NCBI GenBank assembly: GCA_973895155.1
Contig: OZ316897.1
Span: 20,029,224 to 20,093,223, forward strand
Origin: Marsupella aquatica
Taxonomy: Eukaryota; Plantae; Marchantiophyta
Length of the DNA: 64,000 nucleotides
Direction of reading: 5' to 3'
Part shown: positions 48,454 to 63,100 of the stretch, piece after piece
Position numbering within the stretch: position 1 is the first letter of the stretch
How the letters are laid out: every line of letters begins with the position of its first letter
The notes under the pieces: model-generated
The model's input: only the letters and a program-made list of their open reading frames with translations
Databases searched by the model: none
What the model was told of the DNA's origin: nothing
Position numbers and translations under genes: made by a program

Positions 48454-51400
48454 CCCGCAGGGTAATCTTAACGACGCCCACCTTGAAAGTGAAAACAGGC
48501 ATTTGTTAAGTGGCGCAGATGTTACAAGGAAGAACAACCGAGGGTTCAGAAGAGAAGTAATCTGATAAGGTACAGTTCTCTAAGCCACTCTTGAAGTTGC
48601 GAGGTCGCTTTCGTACACCACTACTAGCAAGAAAGTTGGGCGAGTGATTTGCTATCTACAAGACCCTGCATTGTATTTTGTGGGAAGTTCACACATACCT
48701 CTCCTGTGGGTGTCACGGTAACGGCATGCCACTTAGTTGAAGAGCCATCTTTGGAATCTGGATTGATATCCTCTAGTACTACATTCAGATTCCCTTCTTG
48801 CACTCGTATAACTACATACGCGAACACAGTTCCCTTGCAGGACTTAGACAAGGTGGGATTAAGATATGAGTAAGAATGCATCGACACAGAGCCGAGTGAT
48901 AAACTAATGGTTATGTAGACCACCATCCGAGAAGCAAAATCAGGCCATTGATTAAGCAAGTATTAGGAAGTAATCCTCTTCAAGTTAATTTTTTGGGCAT
49001 CCTATGCATCAGTAGGCACATGGCAACTGGTAAGTTTATCTGTGTACTGACCAGTAGCAGGCCATAATTGAGCAGCAATAACGGTGAAACCTGGCATCTC
49101 ATGTCCCCTTCCCTGAGCATCCAACCTCTGTGATTCGCCTCCTACACCTCTCTCCACCTCTTCCTCACAAAGTCGTTTCTCCTCGTCCTACATATTGGAA
49201 AGAGTTGTGGTTAGGATATTTCTCTTTCTTTAAGAATGGTTATACGGAGGTGGAAAGTAGTAGGAATTTGCCTGAAATGCCTGTTCAGCTACATAGTTAC
49301 GGTGCATAAGCTGGAGTCCTTTCTCATATGTTGATACTACGTACAGATCTGGGTTTCTGCATGACCGTTCCAAAGATTAGACGCCGCGGGATTGGCTCAC
49401 CCTTTTTTGGTTTTGTTTTTCTGGATTCCACAGATTGTCCAGGTTTATAGATGATACTGTCATGTGCCTCTATTTCATTACTATTTATGTTTCTCATAGG
49501 CAAATAGAATAATAACTCGAGACAAGAATACAATTTGGAATTTTGGAATTTCAAGTCAAATTTTCTTATTTAATTTAGAGTGGTTGAAGGCGCGCACAGT
49601 GGAATAATATCAAGAATTGGGTAGGAGAAGGGATGCCATGCAAGCTGAAGCACTTCTGCATTTTCTTGAATGGAGAATGCACCAACTCCTTGTAACATTT
49701 CTACGACCTGCATCATCAACGGGTACCAAATCAGTTTAAAATTTGACGGAGTCGCTTTGTAATAAGTTTGAACGTGCCCGCGAGCATGTCAAGACAACCA
49801 GGATGCATTTGTTCACTGGTGAAAGGCCGTCAGGGAAACACGTCAATGGTGCGTCACAGAAGGTATGTAGCACTTCAAAAACTAGTGGTAACATGCGTGA
49901 AATTGTCATGAATACATGTAAACCTGTGCAATATATGTAAATCTATCTGAATCTCTATGTACATGTGTGAAACATCTGTCATTGATATCATTTACATGTA
50001 AATTTTAATAGTAAGATGTATGCAATCCAAGTCCGCATTTTTCACTAGGATCAATACGAGGACTGAGTTGAGCGAGTACTATATCAGAGGAAAGGAAATT
50101 AACCCAGGTCGCTATGGAGGACAGACCAAAAAGTTGCTCGGAGATGTTGCCACTATCGCATTTACGCAACTCCTTCCAGGGCTAGGAAATTCTGTGATTT
50201 TGGTCAGACATATCAGAGACTTAAGTTCTTGGATGGGCTGTGGGGAAACTTCTGCTCCTCGGATGTCGTTGCACATTCGGCCATCTTCATGGTCACTCTC
50301 AGTATCTGAAACGTATGGAGAACTGGACTCATAGCCCTCTAGGAATATTGGTCCTGGAAAGAATTACATTCCAGGCAATATCCAAGTCACCTCTCTGCTT
50401 ACTTTCGTCTTGCCAAGTGGATTTGAAGACAACTCACTTTTAGTTTCGCTGAAAAAATTGTTTATAATTTGACAAAATTGAACAATAGGCCCGAGCTCTA
50501 GGTACGACGATCTAATTACAAGACCAGGCAAAGGTTTCCGCTCATCCAACAGGGATGAATCACTGTACCTGATAGAGAGGGCACAGCAACTTGAACAGCA
50601 TTGGCAAGGCAGGGCGCCAGAAGAATGGACATCATGCTGTTTCCAATCACAACAGAAAAAACTTCCACCCTCTCTTTGTAGCCCAGTACCAACAACGGCC
50701 CATTCTGGTAGCCTCGACCACTCTCGTGCTCTTGGTGTCTGGATGTAATTGTTCCCTAAGTCAGTACATCTCCCACTTTTGAGAGTGAGAATTTCTGGGA
50801 AGTAATCCTGATTCAGATGTCCAGGGAAAGACGTCACTGGAATTGGTCTAGCTTGAACTCATTGGTGTAGAGGTCAATGTACCTAAGACAATCATTCCAG
50901 TGATGACTCCCTTGATTCAAATGTTTCAAGGCGCCATTAAGAGGTTCCAAGTCTTCAACAAAGGAGCTTATGTTGCAGATGTCACATAGCTCAGTGGGCA
51001 ATGATTGCCCATGTGATTCCACAAGACAGAGAGCATGGCAAGGGAGCTCTGTGCAATGTACTCCCAGAAGGCCCAACTCATATTGGATCTCCTGGTCACC
51101 TGCCCGAAATATAGTTTAGCCCTCAGCTTCTTTTCATATAACAAACAATAGACAAAATGACGAAGGATCTACGATGTGTGTAAAATTTCTTTTGTACATT
51201 TGACCAGTTCTGCATTCGAGGTCAACTTTACCTGATTGGGGAAGTTCTACCCAGGTTGAGTAAAGAAGTATCTTGGTCACACAAGGAATTTAAACACTTA
51301 ACACCTTTTACTGAAATTAGCACCCTGACTCAGTGCATGGAAAATGGGAAAAGGAGAAAATGAGCCCTCACAAGGATAACGTTGATTGAACTCAAAGAAG

Positions 51401-54400
51401 TGGATGGTCCCTTGTGCAGGCTCGTTCATACTCTTTTGTGATGCCACAATAATGCATTCTCTGCAAGACTCCGCTCCCTGCTTAGAGCACTGTTTTAGTT
51501 CATTAGTCACCTTTGTCCCAGGCAACGACTTTACTGTTGCTACTCTGCAGGTTGCTCACTTGCTTTGAATGTTCCTTACTTCAAACTACTGAATGTAGAG
51601 TTCTCACCGCTTGTGTAGTTGAGTGGTATCTAGATACCATCATTTGATCGTTGGTCATTTTAAAACCAGTCCTGGTTATGAGAGGAACTATTGATGAGAT
51701 CAAGCACTATGCTCATCAGGTTGACCAACAATTAAGTCTTCTATGCTGGGAGAAGTTGGAAGTACCTTTGTCATTACACAAGGTAACCTCATAACTTTCA
51801 GTGCTGTAGGATGTTGCCCAAATCCTAGTTCGAGTGTCAGGACCTAGCATGAAATGGAAACTTGAGACAAGTTACAACAAGGCTTGAGATGGTCACTATC
51901 AAGAGGGTCTATATCCAACGAATTCTTTTGAACTGAAAACATTTAAACAGATAAAACTAAAGTATATAGCCCTAATGAGAAGTGTTGTATTGCAAGGGTG
52001 GCCTAAGATTCTACTTGAAATTCTACGTCTCACCTGGCACATAGACTGAATGTTAATAAGACATAGGCGCACAGAGCCACGATCCTTCAAGTAGTCACAT
52101 GCACATTCAACAAGTCTATGAGAACGAACGATGGAGATGTCTGCTGATTGAAACGAACATCTGATCAAGTATTACATGACAGGTTTTCGACCAAAACTTC
52201 AAGATGTGAGTCTTTATCATCAAGTACATGATTACGTTGGAGCTGATGGCCACACAGTCACTTCCATGATGATGAGCCACTTGTTGAGGAGTGCCTGACA
52301 CTTTTGTAACCTCCCAACTGCCCAATTCAATCTTGTGTCAGACTTGCGAGTGGTAAAGAAAGCCTGCTAGAGCTGATATTAAATAATGCAGGTCAAGCTC
52401 CATTTATTAAACTTCAGGTACTTCTCCCAGTTATTGAATTCTGATTTTTCTTCTACGGGCGGAACCATTCCTTACACTAGATAAAAGGGTCGGTAAAGCA
52501 TTTCTGTACCGCGTTCATGCATTTAATTAGGAGTCTATGATATAAACTTTACAATGAATGTCATTCCAGATAAGAAATCGCGTGTTGATTGAACCAAAGG
52601 ACTAGAGCAAGGCTTCAATTTACTATCTTAACTGTAGCTTTGCTGACTTGCTCAGATGGCCCAAGACAAGATGTCCGTCTTTGGAAAAAACTAGTAGTCC
52701 ATTGGAGACATTCTGTGTGTGAATCCTGTGCAGATATGCAAAGTCTCAGGAGGATCGCAACAAATAATTGAAAACTTACAATCGTCTTCCCTAAGAGGTA
52801 CCCCGATTTGGCACTGATGAGAATTAAGACTAACAGATGATGCAAATGAACCATGATCTTCATAGTGAGCTTGCTAATTTTTCGCTGAATTTTCGGACCA
52901 GTTATGACAGACTATCTTCTTGGTCGGCAAAACCTTTGCGGAGCACTTTTTTCTTTTGCATATGAACTGAGAAGATATTCGTTTACCAGTAAACAACATT
53001 TTACAAACCTGGATGCTGCTACAAGAGGCTGAATCGACCCCAAAACAGGTAATGCCTGCAAGTGTCCGTCCTCGTTTGAACAGAGCACAAAATTGTGATC
53101 TCCTTGAATTAGAAGACAGTATTGACTATCCAATCTCAGATTTTGGGCAGAGTCAAGAGCTGGACCACAAATCGGCCCAGAGACCATGTACTGAATGCTT
53201 GTTCCAAGGTTTAGGCGTTTTCCAGACAAAAGCTTCAAGCGAAATCTCTTCAGACTCTGATCGCAAACACCATCATTACACAAAGGAGTTCGCAAATCTG
53301 ACATCAAAGTCAAGCAGCTCAAATGCTCTCTTTGGGCTGCTTCATTAGGAATCTCGTATATGATCTCAAAGTAGATGACGCTTCCATCACTGGTGCCAAC
53401 AATGAGAGATTGTTGATTTCCCAGACTAGTAACATGCACACAACGCACAGGCGCAGATCCAGCTTCAACGGAAGTAATCTCTTGCTGCGAAATTGACCAG
53501 TTCCATTTAAATAAGTGTCAGTTACAATTATCTCAAAGTTGATGACGAATATCTCTCTTAGAATCGGGCTTCAAAGAGGGAGTATCTCAAGTAACAAGGA
53601 GTCTCTTCAGTGTTCTCAAATGAACATTTATCAAATGTTGCTCATACATTCAAGCCCTGGATCTACAATGCGCATGCTAGTTTTCCTACGGAAAGATCGA
53701 TGTGCTGAACTCAACTATGGCAATGACCACTCTCGAATCTCCGACTCTCTAAAATAATGGCTGATGCTCAAAGGAAAGTGGTAATACTACATCATCGCTT
53801 GCAGCAAAGATAAATCGAGAGATAAACAATTGTTTTCGAAAAATAGCCGTTGTGTTGATACATACGGGTCCCTATTCAATGGGCTCTATCATGCTTAGGC
53901 AGAGAAAATACCAGGTCTGGCCATGTCAACAAGTGGACTGTGTTGGTGTGCCATTGAGCTACGACAACAATGAAGAAAAGATCTGCATTTTCATATGCAA
54001 CAGGCGGACTAGTCAAGTGACTGGCATACAGTTTCTTCTTCTTGGTGCTAGCGCTCCCACCCGCTATCCAAAATTCAAAGACACCAAGGGCTGAAACCTG
54101 CAAGAGGTAGTACTTGGGAATCAGAAAGTAGGCTTGAAACAACCTCAGTATTAGTTCCATCTTTAGCACCATGGAAAAGAGACTTTAGAAGACTTTGTGA
54201 ACATTAATATCTCAAATTTGCCTATTCAAGCACAAAATTCATTCTTTTCAACCAGAGGAGCCAAGAAGGACCGCTTTGCAAGGATTAAAAATGTCAGGTA
54301 AGCAGGAAGAGTGCAATTGGTGAAAGTAAGAGCAGGGCCATCTAAGTGAACGAAATCTTGACTGACATTTCATAATTGACATGTGTAGAGTGTGGTCCTG

Positions 54401-57400
54401 AGGTCTTTGCAATTGCATACCTCATGATTCCTTACATTGGTACTCGATGTCTGACCCTGGCCGCTCTTAGTAAACATTACACTATACACAGTGTCATAAG
54501 TTGCCAATAGAGCCCCAACAATGCATAAGGATGCATGGACAATATTGTGACCAACATTTCGCTCTCGACCGAATCTACTGATTGTGGTGACAGTTGAAGC
54601 AGTTTTTACTGGAGGTATCCATTCAGCTACAAGGATCCTTGGTGTGGAAAAACTCATAACCCTCAAGGAATAGCTTGTCACCTGCCTTCCAACGGTCAAG
54701 TTTCAAAGTCAGAATAGAACTGCTGCTTTAAATACATGACTATCATACCATTGTACTCGGAGATTCTCTTTACGCAGCAGTTGCGGTGGAGCCTGGTGCA
54801 CTACAGACTAAAAGTTACACTCTTATATTCGAGTCATACCGGAATTATATTTTCTTGTCATTAGATGCTAGGTACTAGAGGACCCGCAGTATGTTTTCGA
54901 TTGTTTCTGAAATGGGAGACCTTGGCATGTGAAGTATTGAGATCAAACTTAAATTCCAGAGAGAAAATAGAAATTAAATCCATTAATTCAAAATATCTGC
55001 CCATATCCTTGAGAAGACCTAGGATTGTCGAATACATTTTGTTAGGTAGGGGAACATTCCAAGTCGATCTGCTTGCAACAAATCGCTTATACCTGAACAA
55101 GCCAGTCACCTGATATGACTAACGCAGCCAGAGTATTGTGCTCTCTCTCCAGCCCATGTATGCAAGATTCTTTCTCTACTTCTCCATTCACATCAATGAT
55201 CTCGGTCCTGTCCTGCAATGGAGCACCTTAAATTATTCTCTGTACGACTTATCTTCTCTAGCCTTACAAATTAACAGCCAAGTTGTAACGTTACTCGAGT
55301 CCTAACAGACAACCATGACTGTAAAGCTAAGCTATTACCTGTGCAGCATACGCGAGGAGGATGTGTGTGTGATACTTGGAATGCGTATTCCATTTGAGAG
55401 GTATCATTTGTGGTATGCCACGGACCTATTCATAAAAAGGAAAGTAGTTAAAATCAGAATGACCAGGATCATCTGAAATTTATACCTTAAGAAGCAAAAG
55501 AACAGAATCGATAGCAAGTCCAAAGCCCCGTCGATATGGATGCAATTGAGCTTCTTCAGCAACGAGCAACTAAACTATTTTCCTCAAGAACTTACCAACG
55601 AATGTTATCCGTGCATGCTTGGTATTACTTGTCGGTTGAGATTAAAATTATATTTTACCTACGCTATAAAAATGGTGAAAAAGAGGTAGTGGAACACTGA
55701 AAAAACCTTATCCTCCAAGTGCCTGATTGTGTTGAAAATCATTCCCACGGTGCCCCTGCGGTGACATAAGTTTTGCACATATACGATGTAAATGTCTCTC
55801 TCCTCTAAGAGTAGCTCTCTCCTATGTCAAATAGATAGTCAAGCCGCACTGAAAAGTCCCTCGCGTTGGCATTCTGTCATATGGCTACAAAAGAACATAC
55901 AAATAAGGGCAACTACGGAACATCAAGCGCTACCATTCGTTCAATGGATCCAGGTCTAGCAATAAACGACGGCCGTACCTCTTTACTGAAACTCTGAAGT
56001 GACGATCTTTCTAAGCTATGCCATGCCAAATTGGGTCTAGTATGATACAAAGGGGCTGCAGAATGGACACGATTTTTTACCTGCGAATTGTTGCGTTAGG
56101 CGCACTTCCACAAGCAATTACAAGAAGCTGTTGTCCCCATAGGTCATCAATCAATATCATGTCACGAACATACGTGACATCCTGCTCTGAGGACAGCTGC
56201 ATCAAGCTTTCCTCCATGTACCAACGCGAAAGTCCTTGCAGTTTCATATCACCTACTTTTGAGGATGACAGGGAAGAGCTCGTTGGATTTCTGTCGAGGT
56301 TCTGGTCTTCAGCCCTAGAAAGCAGAGCATGACTTAAACCTGCTTCACCCATTAAAGGAGGATAAAGTGTGAAGAATCTTGAGTTGCTTGTCTTCCTGGA
56401 GGAAAAGAACATGAATTTTTCCACATTCCTTCCGTTATCCTCGTTGACGTGTAGAAGTAGCAAAATCTGACAGAAACACGATAAACATCATGAAAATTAC
56501 AGAATAACGTTTTGAACAGAAACCCACGTAGACTATCTTTCATGAGTGCAAAGTAGAGTTACATGCAATACTTTTTCTCTTCCGAAAAGCGTTTCTACTC
56601 CAATGAAGGCTCGTTGCCTCGCATACGAGCCAAGTAGAGGACCCAATGTGTCTCAGGTTTGTAACACTCACGTGTACTGGTGAAGAGGAACTTGACTCCT
56701 TCACTCGCTCGATGAGGTGCTGTTCCCATGACTTCAAGTCTACAACATATAGAACTCCTGAGCTATCGCCAAGCACCTGCTTGAGCCAACGGCGACTTAT
56801 AACAGTTGCATGCCTGGATAATACAAACACGACCTTTAGTTTCTGATTGTTGAGAATTATCCCACTGAAAATGACTTATCAAGTTTTCATAGACGAATTC
56901 CAAATGTAGACTCACCAAGCAGTGATCTTTGATGGCTTCAACACAACTTAGAGGCCCATCCAAACGCATAGTGAAGCAGAGAGATGTGCGGAAACTCCTT
57001 GAATTAATAAAAAGAAGCCCTTTGCTAGATATGACTAACACCCCATTCGCACTTTCTTGGGACCAAGGTAGCAGAAACCTTGAAGTTCCATGCAGATTAC
57101 TGTCATTCAAGAAAGCACACTGTCATTGGACAGATATCAAAACATTTGAGCTTTCAACTCACCAACAGACATGAAAGGAGACAAGTTGAATAGGATTTGC
57201 ATGGACAACGAATCCACATTACTCTGTTCAGAAATGGAAAGCACAGATCTTGGGCTTTGTGTATCGATATTTCAGTGTTTTATAAAACATCGTTTGCATG
57301 GGTAAATTATAATTCGGTCCTGCAATTCTGATTCTCCAAGATTCTTGAATTCCAATGTCCGCAAGCTTAGAGCTATAGAAACCAACACCAAAGGCTCGAC

Positions 57401-59214
57401 TAAATGTTGCAACCGTACCTTATCCTCCAAGGCCCGCGAAGTATCTTCCCCTCCGCTAGGTCAAGTGCAAAGCACTCTACTGTGATCAATTCATAAATGA
57501 GACCTGTGAATGAATTAGCACTATTACTTTCATAGCGATTGTACGAAACCTAGATAAGAAATAGAAATCCGGAAATCTAGCAAGTTCCTGAGTTTCAACT
57601 ATTCGATCATGCTATCCAAAGACCTAGACGTTTCGAATTTAAGTTGTCACCGACTCCAATTGAAAGGGCCAATCTCTAAGGAAGTACACCGACGATAAGT
57701 TCAAAGGTTACCGTCTTGAGCTGAGAGCACTACCAGCAGGGGATGTGCTTTCCAATCCAAGCCTTCCATGAAGGCCAGGTCCAAAATAGTTGGGACTTTT
57801 TGTATTTGTGAAGCTATACTACCAATTCCGAGTTCTTCCTTCATTTTCATGTGATACTCATTTAAGAGGGGCTTGTGAGAGACTGCCCCATCAGAGTTTG
57901 TCCTTTGGTAGTGAGTTACTGGTACCCATGCAGCAAAAAGTACTTGAATCAAGCTTTCATACACGGCCATTGCCACCAAGGTGATACTTCTGATCTGCAA
58001 GATGGTAAGCCCAATGTCAAGATGGTGGATGCAAACTATCCGCTAAATCGGTCTGGTCGAAGTTAAAAATAATGTCCACAAGATGACCCCGTACGATAAA
58101 TCTAGAAACGAACGCACATGCACGAGGCAAAGAGAGAAGTTCCCAGAGAGCGATCAAGCACATGCACGAGGCAGAGAGAGAAGTTCCCAGAGAGCGATCA
58201 AGCACATGCATACTTAGCACCAAAATCCAAAGCAAATGGCGAAATGCTCAATTGAAGCTCTAATACGTCCATTCCATTAAAACCCTGGACTTCCCATTCA
58301 CCATTCAGTTATTAAAGCTACAATCAATGTACATGTAACAAACTCAGTTAGATTTTGTCGAACATACCTTGCCAAACCAATCTTTCGCTCCAATATCACT
58401 CTCTCTCGATCTTTCAAGAACGGAGCCCAGTGGTGTGTCGCCTCTAAATCTCAAAGGCTTGGAGAAAATGGAGTGATGTAATACTGGTTCCATTTTCTCC
58501 CTTTCTGTGGACACGACCTTAATGGCCGCATGTTCTATACCAGAGACTGACCACTCGAGGACAGTGATGCTTCCCTTGTCATCTGTAACCTACATTCAAG
58601 TGATGCCCAAAAGGAAAATCAAACAAACGCGGAGGGTTAAGGGTGACATGAGAAGTGTGTACAGACCCGGACAAGCATAATGCTGTGAAACAACCAAATC
58701 CGGTAAAATAAGCAGTAATAAGAAAAGAGTAGAAAACGGGCAGACCAGTAATCGATCGAAAATAGTTGGGGAAGGGTTGCTATAGCCCCAGGGATTCTGC
58801 AACAGAGCACAATTACAGACTGTCAACCCAATCTCTGTGCTAGCGACCATGATTGGAGTCGCTTCCTCTGTTTCCCAGACCTCCAATGCCATCTGCATAA
58901 TGCAGAGAACCTCTGGTTATCAATTCGTTCCCAGTCGCTCTGACGATCTTGAACAACTTAAAAACACTAATGCAACATAGATGCTGCACAATCCGGGATG
59001 TCGCAAACTTTGATTAATAACTTGAATCTGCTATATATTTCTGTACTGTACTTTGAAGCTTCATGTAACAGCTGTGGTATTTTTAATTCCTTGGTGCATC
59101 TCGTACCTCTTTGAAAATTATAAGTTGCCTTACATTGGGCCGTGTGAATGACCCTACTGCGGCAGCTGAGACCAGGCCGCTCCGCTGCATTTGTTGATAT
59201 GAAATGCTCGGCAT
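48430..59214 (-). CDS. Divergent DDB1-like (DDB1/CPSF160/SF3B3 triple beta-propeller family) multi-exon gene; 3' end uncertain
   Basis: Exon fragments occur in DDB1 order: SAAAVGSFTRPNVRQLIIFK (59107-59214), ILDLAFMEG...PLLVVLSAQD, LAEGKILRGPW, NLHGTSRFLLP...NGVLVIS, LGDSSGVLYVV, LVIACGSAPNATIR, LIVGTSDGSVIYFEI...KRLNLGT and NGPLLVLGYKERVEVF. Many minus-strand GT/AG boundaries. Confidence 0.72.
58114..58210. repeat. 44-bp intronic tandem duplication
   Basis: gcacatgcacgaggca.agagagaagttcccagagagcgatcaa occurs twice. Confidence 0.85.
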
Positions 59215-59620
59215 GGTACGCACATGTATGCCTTCTGATTGAATTATTCCAGTTATAACCCGATTACAATCTTGGCTGGCGAAATCAATCCGCACGTTCT
59301 ACAAATACATGACCTGGTGATATTTTTCAATGATGGGTTCTCTCTCAATTTCATGAGAATTGATCATCTCACTTGCAAACTTGCCATCTCCTCTTCATCT
59401 TTTTGGCAAACATAGCCCCTCTGCATTGACTACTTCAGGGATTAATGCTGTTCAGGGGAGGCATCGGAGGCTATCCTTGATCAGACTAGGTTCAAAGAAA
59501 TAAATGCAACCTCAAATGGCTTTTCTAGTTGGTCCCAATGCCGAAGCTTGGTTGGAGCAGGGCATTACTTATTATGATCCAGAACAGGACAGTAGATGCT
59601 CTCCTGACGGTCGCTCCCAA

Positions 59621-59671
59621 GGTAGCTCCCTGGTAGCTCCCTGGTAGCTCCCTGGTAGCTCCCTGGTAGCT
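59621..59671. repeat. 11-bp tandem repeat (GGTAGCTCCCT), ~4.7 copies
   Basis: Directly visible, ~400 bp upstream of the DDB1-like start. Confidence 0.9.
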
Positions 59672-60140
59672 CTCGTGTTGGCTGTGTCCAACATGCAGTT
59701 GAAGGAATGTCTATTCTCCAGGTTGGATCATCACAACTCCATCACATCTACAATGCATTGCTTGGTTGTTGGACTGTAATGTAACCCATTTGGCATGAAC
59801 TCATCTGAACTTGATGGCAGTTATGCTCAGGGTATTGCTGGATATAGTTTCGCTGCAATGTGAGCTTGTAAAAGAGAGACAAACCAACTAAAAAAGTGTC
59901 TATTCTTCAGGTTAAGTCATCACAGCTCCAGGCATCCTATCTATTGCCGAATGCATGGCTTGGTGGTTGGGGTGTATTGTAATCCGTTGGAATTCATTTC
60001 AAGCTGATTGCAGTTATGCTCGGGGATTGCTAGACACGGGTTTGTTGCAGTGTGAACTTGTGAAAGAGTGATAAGTTATGGTCTACTTCGGCTGTTGACT
60101 TGTCAGCCTTGCATGCAGTAGTGATATACTGCAGTAATAT

Positions 60141-60185
60141 AGTCCTTCCTATATTACTGGTATACTGCAGTAATATGGGAAGGAC
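60141..60185. repeat. 18-bp-stem hairpin
   Basis: gtccttcctatattactg, loop gtatactg, cagtaatatgggaaggac (one G:T pair). Confidence 0.75.
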
Positions 60186-63100
60186 CGTGCCTGGTGTGTT
60201 TTGCCATGCAGTTATCCGAAATTGCAATGTCTTGGTTTTGGGCAAGATCTTGAAATTTTGTAAATCAGGTTTTTATTATTCTAAATAAACATATGTAGGC
60301 TTGAGGCCAATATTTTGAGTCAAAAATGACTGAACTCTAATATTATATAGAATAATAATATATAGAATTATATGCGTGGGCTTTTGACCATTTTTCTGGC
60401 TCACAATTGGTTGCACTCTGTGTTTCCCCCTTTATTGTGTTTCTTGCAGTTGGGATCCTGTCTCACAGTATGATGCCTTTCAATTGTTCTTTGCAGTTTA
60501 TTATATACTTTGGTATGCCTTGGTCCTGGAGGTCCAATCTACTACCCCTCTAGGCTCTTCATCTTATACCAACCCCCAGAAATGGGAGGGATAGATTGAG
60601 GGCCCTAGAAAAACTTCTAAACCTTCTTTAATTTCAGGAAAAAAACAATTGCTGTAAATCAGGATTTTGTAACTTTCAAGCCCATTCACACCTTTGCAGT
60701 TCATGATTGAAGCCAATCAACCATGACATTGGGATGGGCCCAAAACCGGGGCAAGGTTATTTTTGTGCATGGCAGGGGCAGCCAGGACTTGGAGCTGCGA
60801 TTATGAGTTTCAAGCATAGATAGCTGCATTTATTCCCATGAAGTTCCTTGTCATGATTGCAAATAGTTGTAAGGGAGTCATCCTTCGCAGATTCCAATTA
60901 TGAGTTTCAAACTTGGCTAAGTGCGATTTCCATGAAGGTTTTCTATATTATTTGCATTTACAATTGAAGCTCGACGTTCAAATTTCAATGGTCCACTTTT
61001 GAAATTACAATAGTGGTGGGGCAAAATTGGTGGGCCTCATAAAATTGGACTTACACAAATACACGTCTAAACTCCACAGCTGCTGAGGGACAAGCACCAA
61101 CCCTACACACTGTGTGACAACCACTTCATGCCCATCAAACTGGTAGCGATATCAAATTTGTTGACTTTTGGATTAGCTTTTGTTCTTGGTTAGTGGCATG
61201 AGGTTTACTCACCCAACCTTGCACCCCCCCCTTCTCAAAGACCTTGCTTGTGGGCCACTCTTGGTAGCTAGCTCTAGCTCTTAGTGTGTAGTATTTTGCT
61301 CAAAGATCTTGAGGAAATTGTAGAGGAAGATCGGTGAAAAGGGGTTTGGAATATTCTAATACTCCACCTTGGGGTTTGTTGGAAACAAAACCAGCACTGA
61401 CGTGCCTTCTATCTCCTCCTTCCACGAATGGCATTTTCATGTTTTATTTTATGCGGGCCAACAATCCATTATGCTTCTAAAAAGGTCAGTCCAAATCAGT
61501 CAAATGAGGTCAAAGTACGTAGTAGCAACAGAATTTTACTGAGAATGATGTCAACTGAAATGATGTTTCCAATCATAGGGATTGCATGGGAGAGTGATAT
61601 ACTATAGTAAAGGAATCGTTAAAAACGACTTACGATTTTTATAAGGACGTAGAAACGAGCATGGAGAAGTTTCCTAGGCCCAGTAATTGTGCTTAGGTGC
61701 CGCCCCGTAAAGAATGACCCCGAGATATAAGATAATCAAGCTGACTAAGTTATGAATGGGAAAATCCTCACTGAATCATGCTCTTCAATCTCAATTTATA
61801 TAAAAAATGAAAATGATGCTGTCAGGATCTTGAAGTATTAATCCGATAACATTGATGTTTTTGGGTTAAGGTTTGTGCCCTGCATTTGAAGTAAAGCTTT
61901 GGGTGTTGGCATTTAAAGGGGTGTTGTGTATCTTAAGGGCATTTCTGGTAGTTGGAGGAGGAAAAGTCAGGTCATTCCAGGTCAGCCTAAATGAGTCGTT
62001 TAACCTATCAAGGTGGCAAACTGAAAAATAAATTAAAATTGATGGGGCTCCATGTATGTATTTCACAAGGTGGCATTGTTATAAATGAGTCCACTGCTAA
62101 AGTTCAAAACGAGCCATACGGGGAGATAGGATGAAAACAGCAAGACACCCAACAAAGGTGGGAAAACAAACTGAGGAAAACCCTAAGAAGACGAAAGAGC
62201 CAAAGAAACCTAAAAACGTGAGAGTCCCAAACAATTGCAAAAAGAATTTTTGCACTACTGAGCAGCCTGGTAGAGTTTGGAATAAACCTCACAGGAGGGT
62301 CACAAAGAGGACTTTGACTGTCGGCCCTAACCAGAGAAACAAAATGCACCAAACAAGAGTACACTCTCCCAAAGACAGGAGACCCAATAAAAGGGAAAAC
62401 AAGGGTGCCATTCTAATAGATGTGAGATGTGGCTAAGCCACCCCCACCTGGGCAAGCCCCCCTAAAAGGTTGACAACGTTTAGCAACGACAATGCTACAT
62501 AATCATGCCACGAGGTGAGATTTACCCGGCTTTATGCATGTGTTCTACAGTCTACCCACCAGAGTTTCACCTAACAGTTTTCAATCATTCACCCCTATTC
62601 CCTGACCCAACGACAGAAAGCAGAAAAAAAAATGTTCTCCTTAGTTGTCCTAAACCGACACCCCACCATCAAAAACAAAACACCAGATATTTCGGACACA
62701 TAGGAATGTAAAAATTGGCCACGTTGCATGGACATCTAGCTAAAATAAGCCGTTTCTCGGTTCCTATTTTGTCATGGCGTGAACCAGGGTGATTTCAAAA
62801 TATTTTTCTTTTTCGCCAGGGTGGCAATGTCGCCTTCTATCAAGGAGAAGACGCTATTAATGACTTCTCCAAGTTTTTAGATGAATTTCTGACCCTTAGA
62901 TTTCCCTAGATTTAAGGAGAACAGTCAGATTCTAGCTAAAGGGCGTCTGTGAGAAACTGTCTGGCAGATAAGTCAAAAACTCCGGCACCGACCTCCCTTG
63001 TGTTGGGACGTTAGGATATAGTGATGATGTCATAAATATGAGGGAACCTCAAGTAAACTTGATGAAACAAAAGGATGATGTGAGTATAGAGCCACACAAT

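Noticed and set aside
50756-50882. Apparent frameshift between ORFs 50834-51076 and 50364-50837 in the DDB1-like gene
   Set aside because: Explained by a GT-AG intron (ttag|gtac ... acttag|ggaac on the minus strand).
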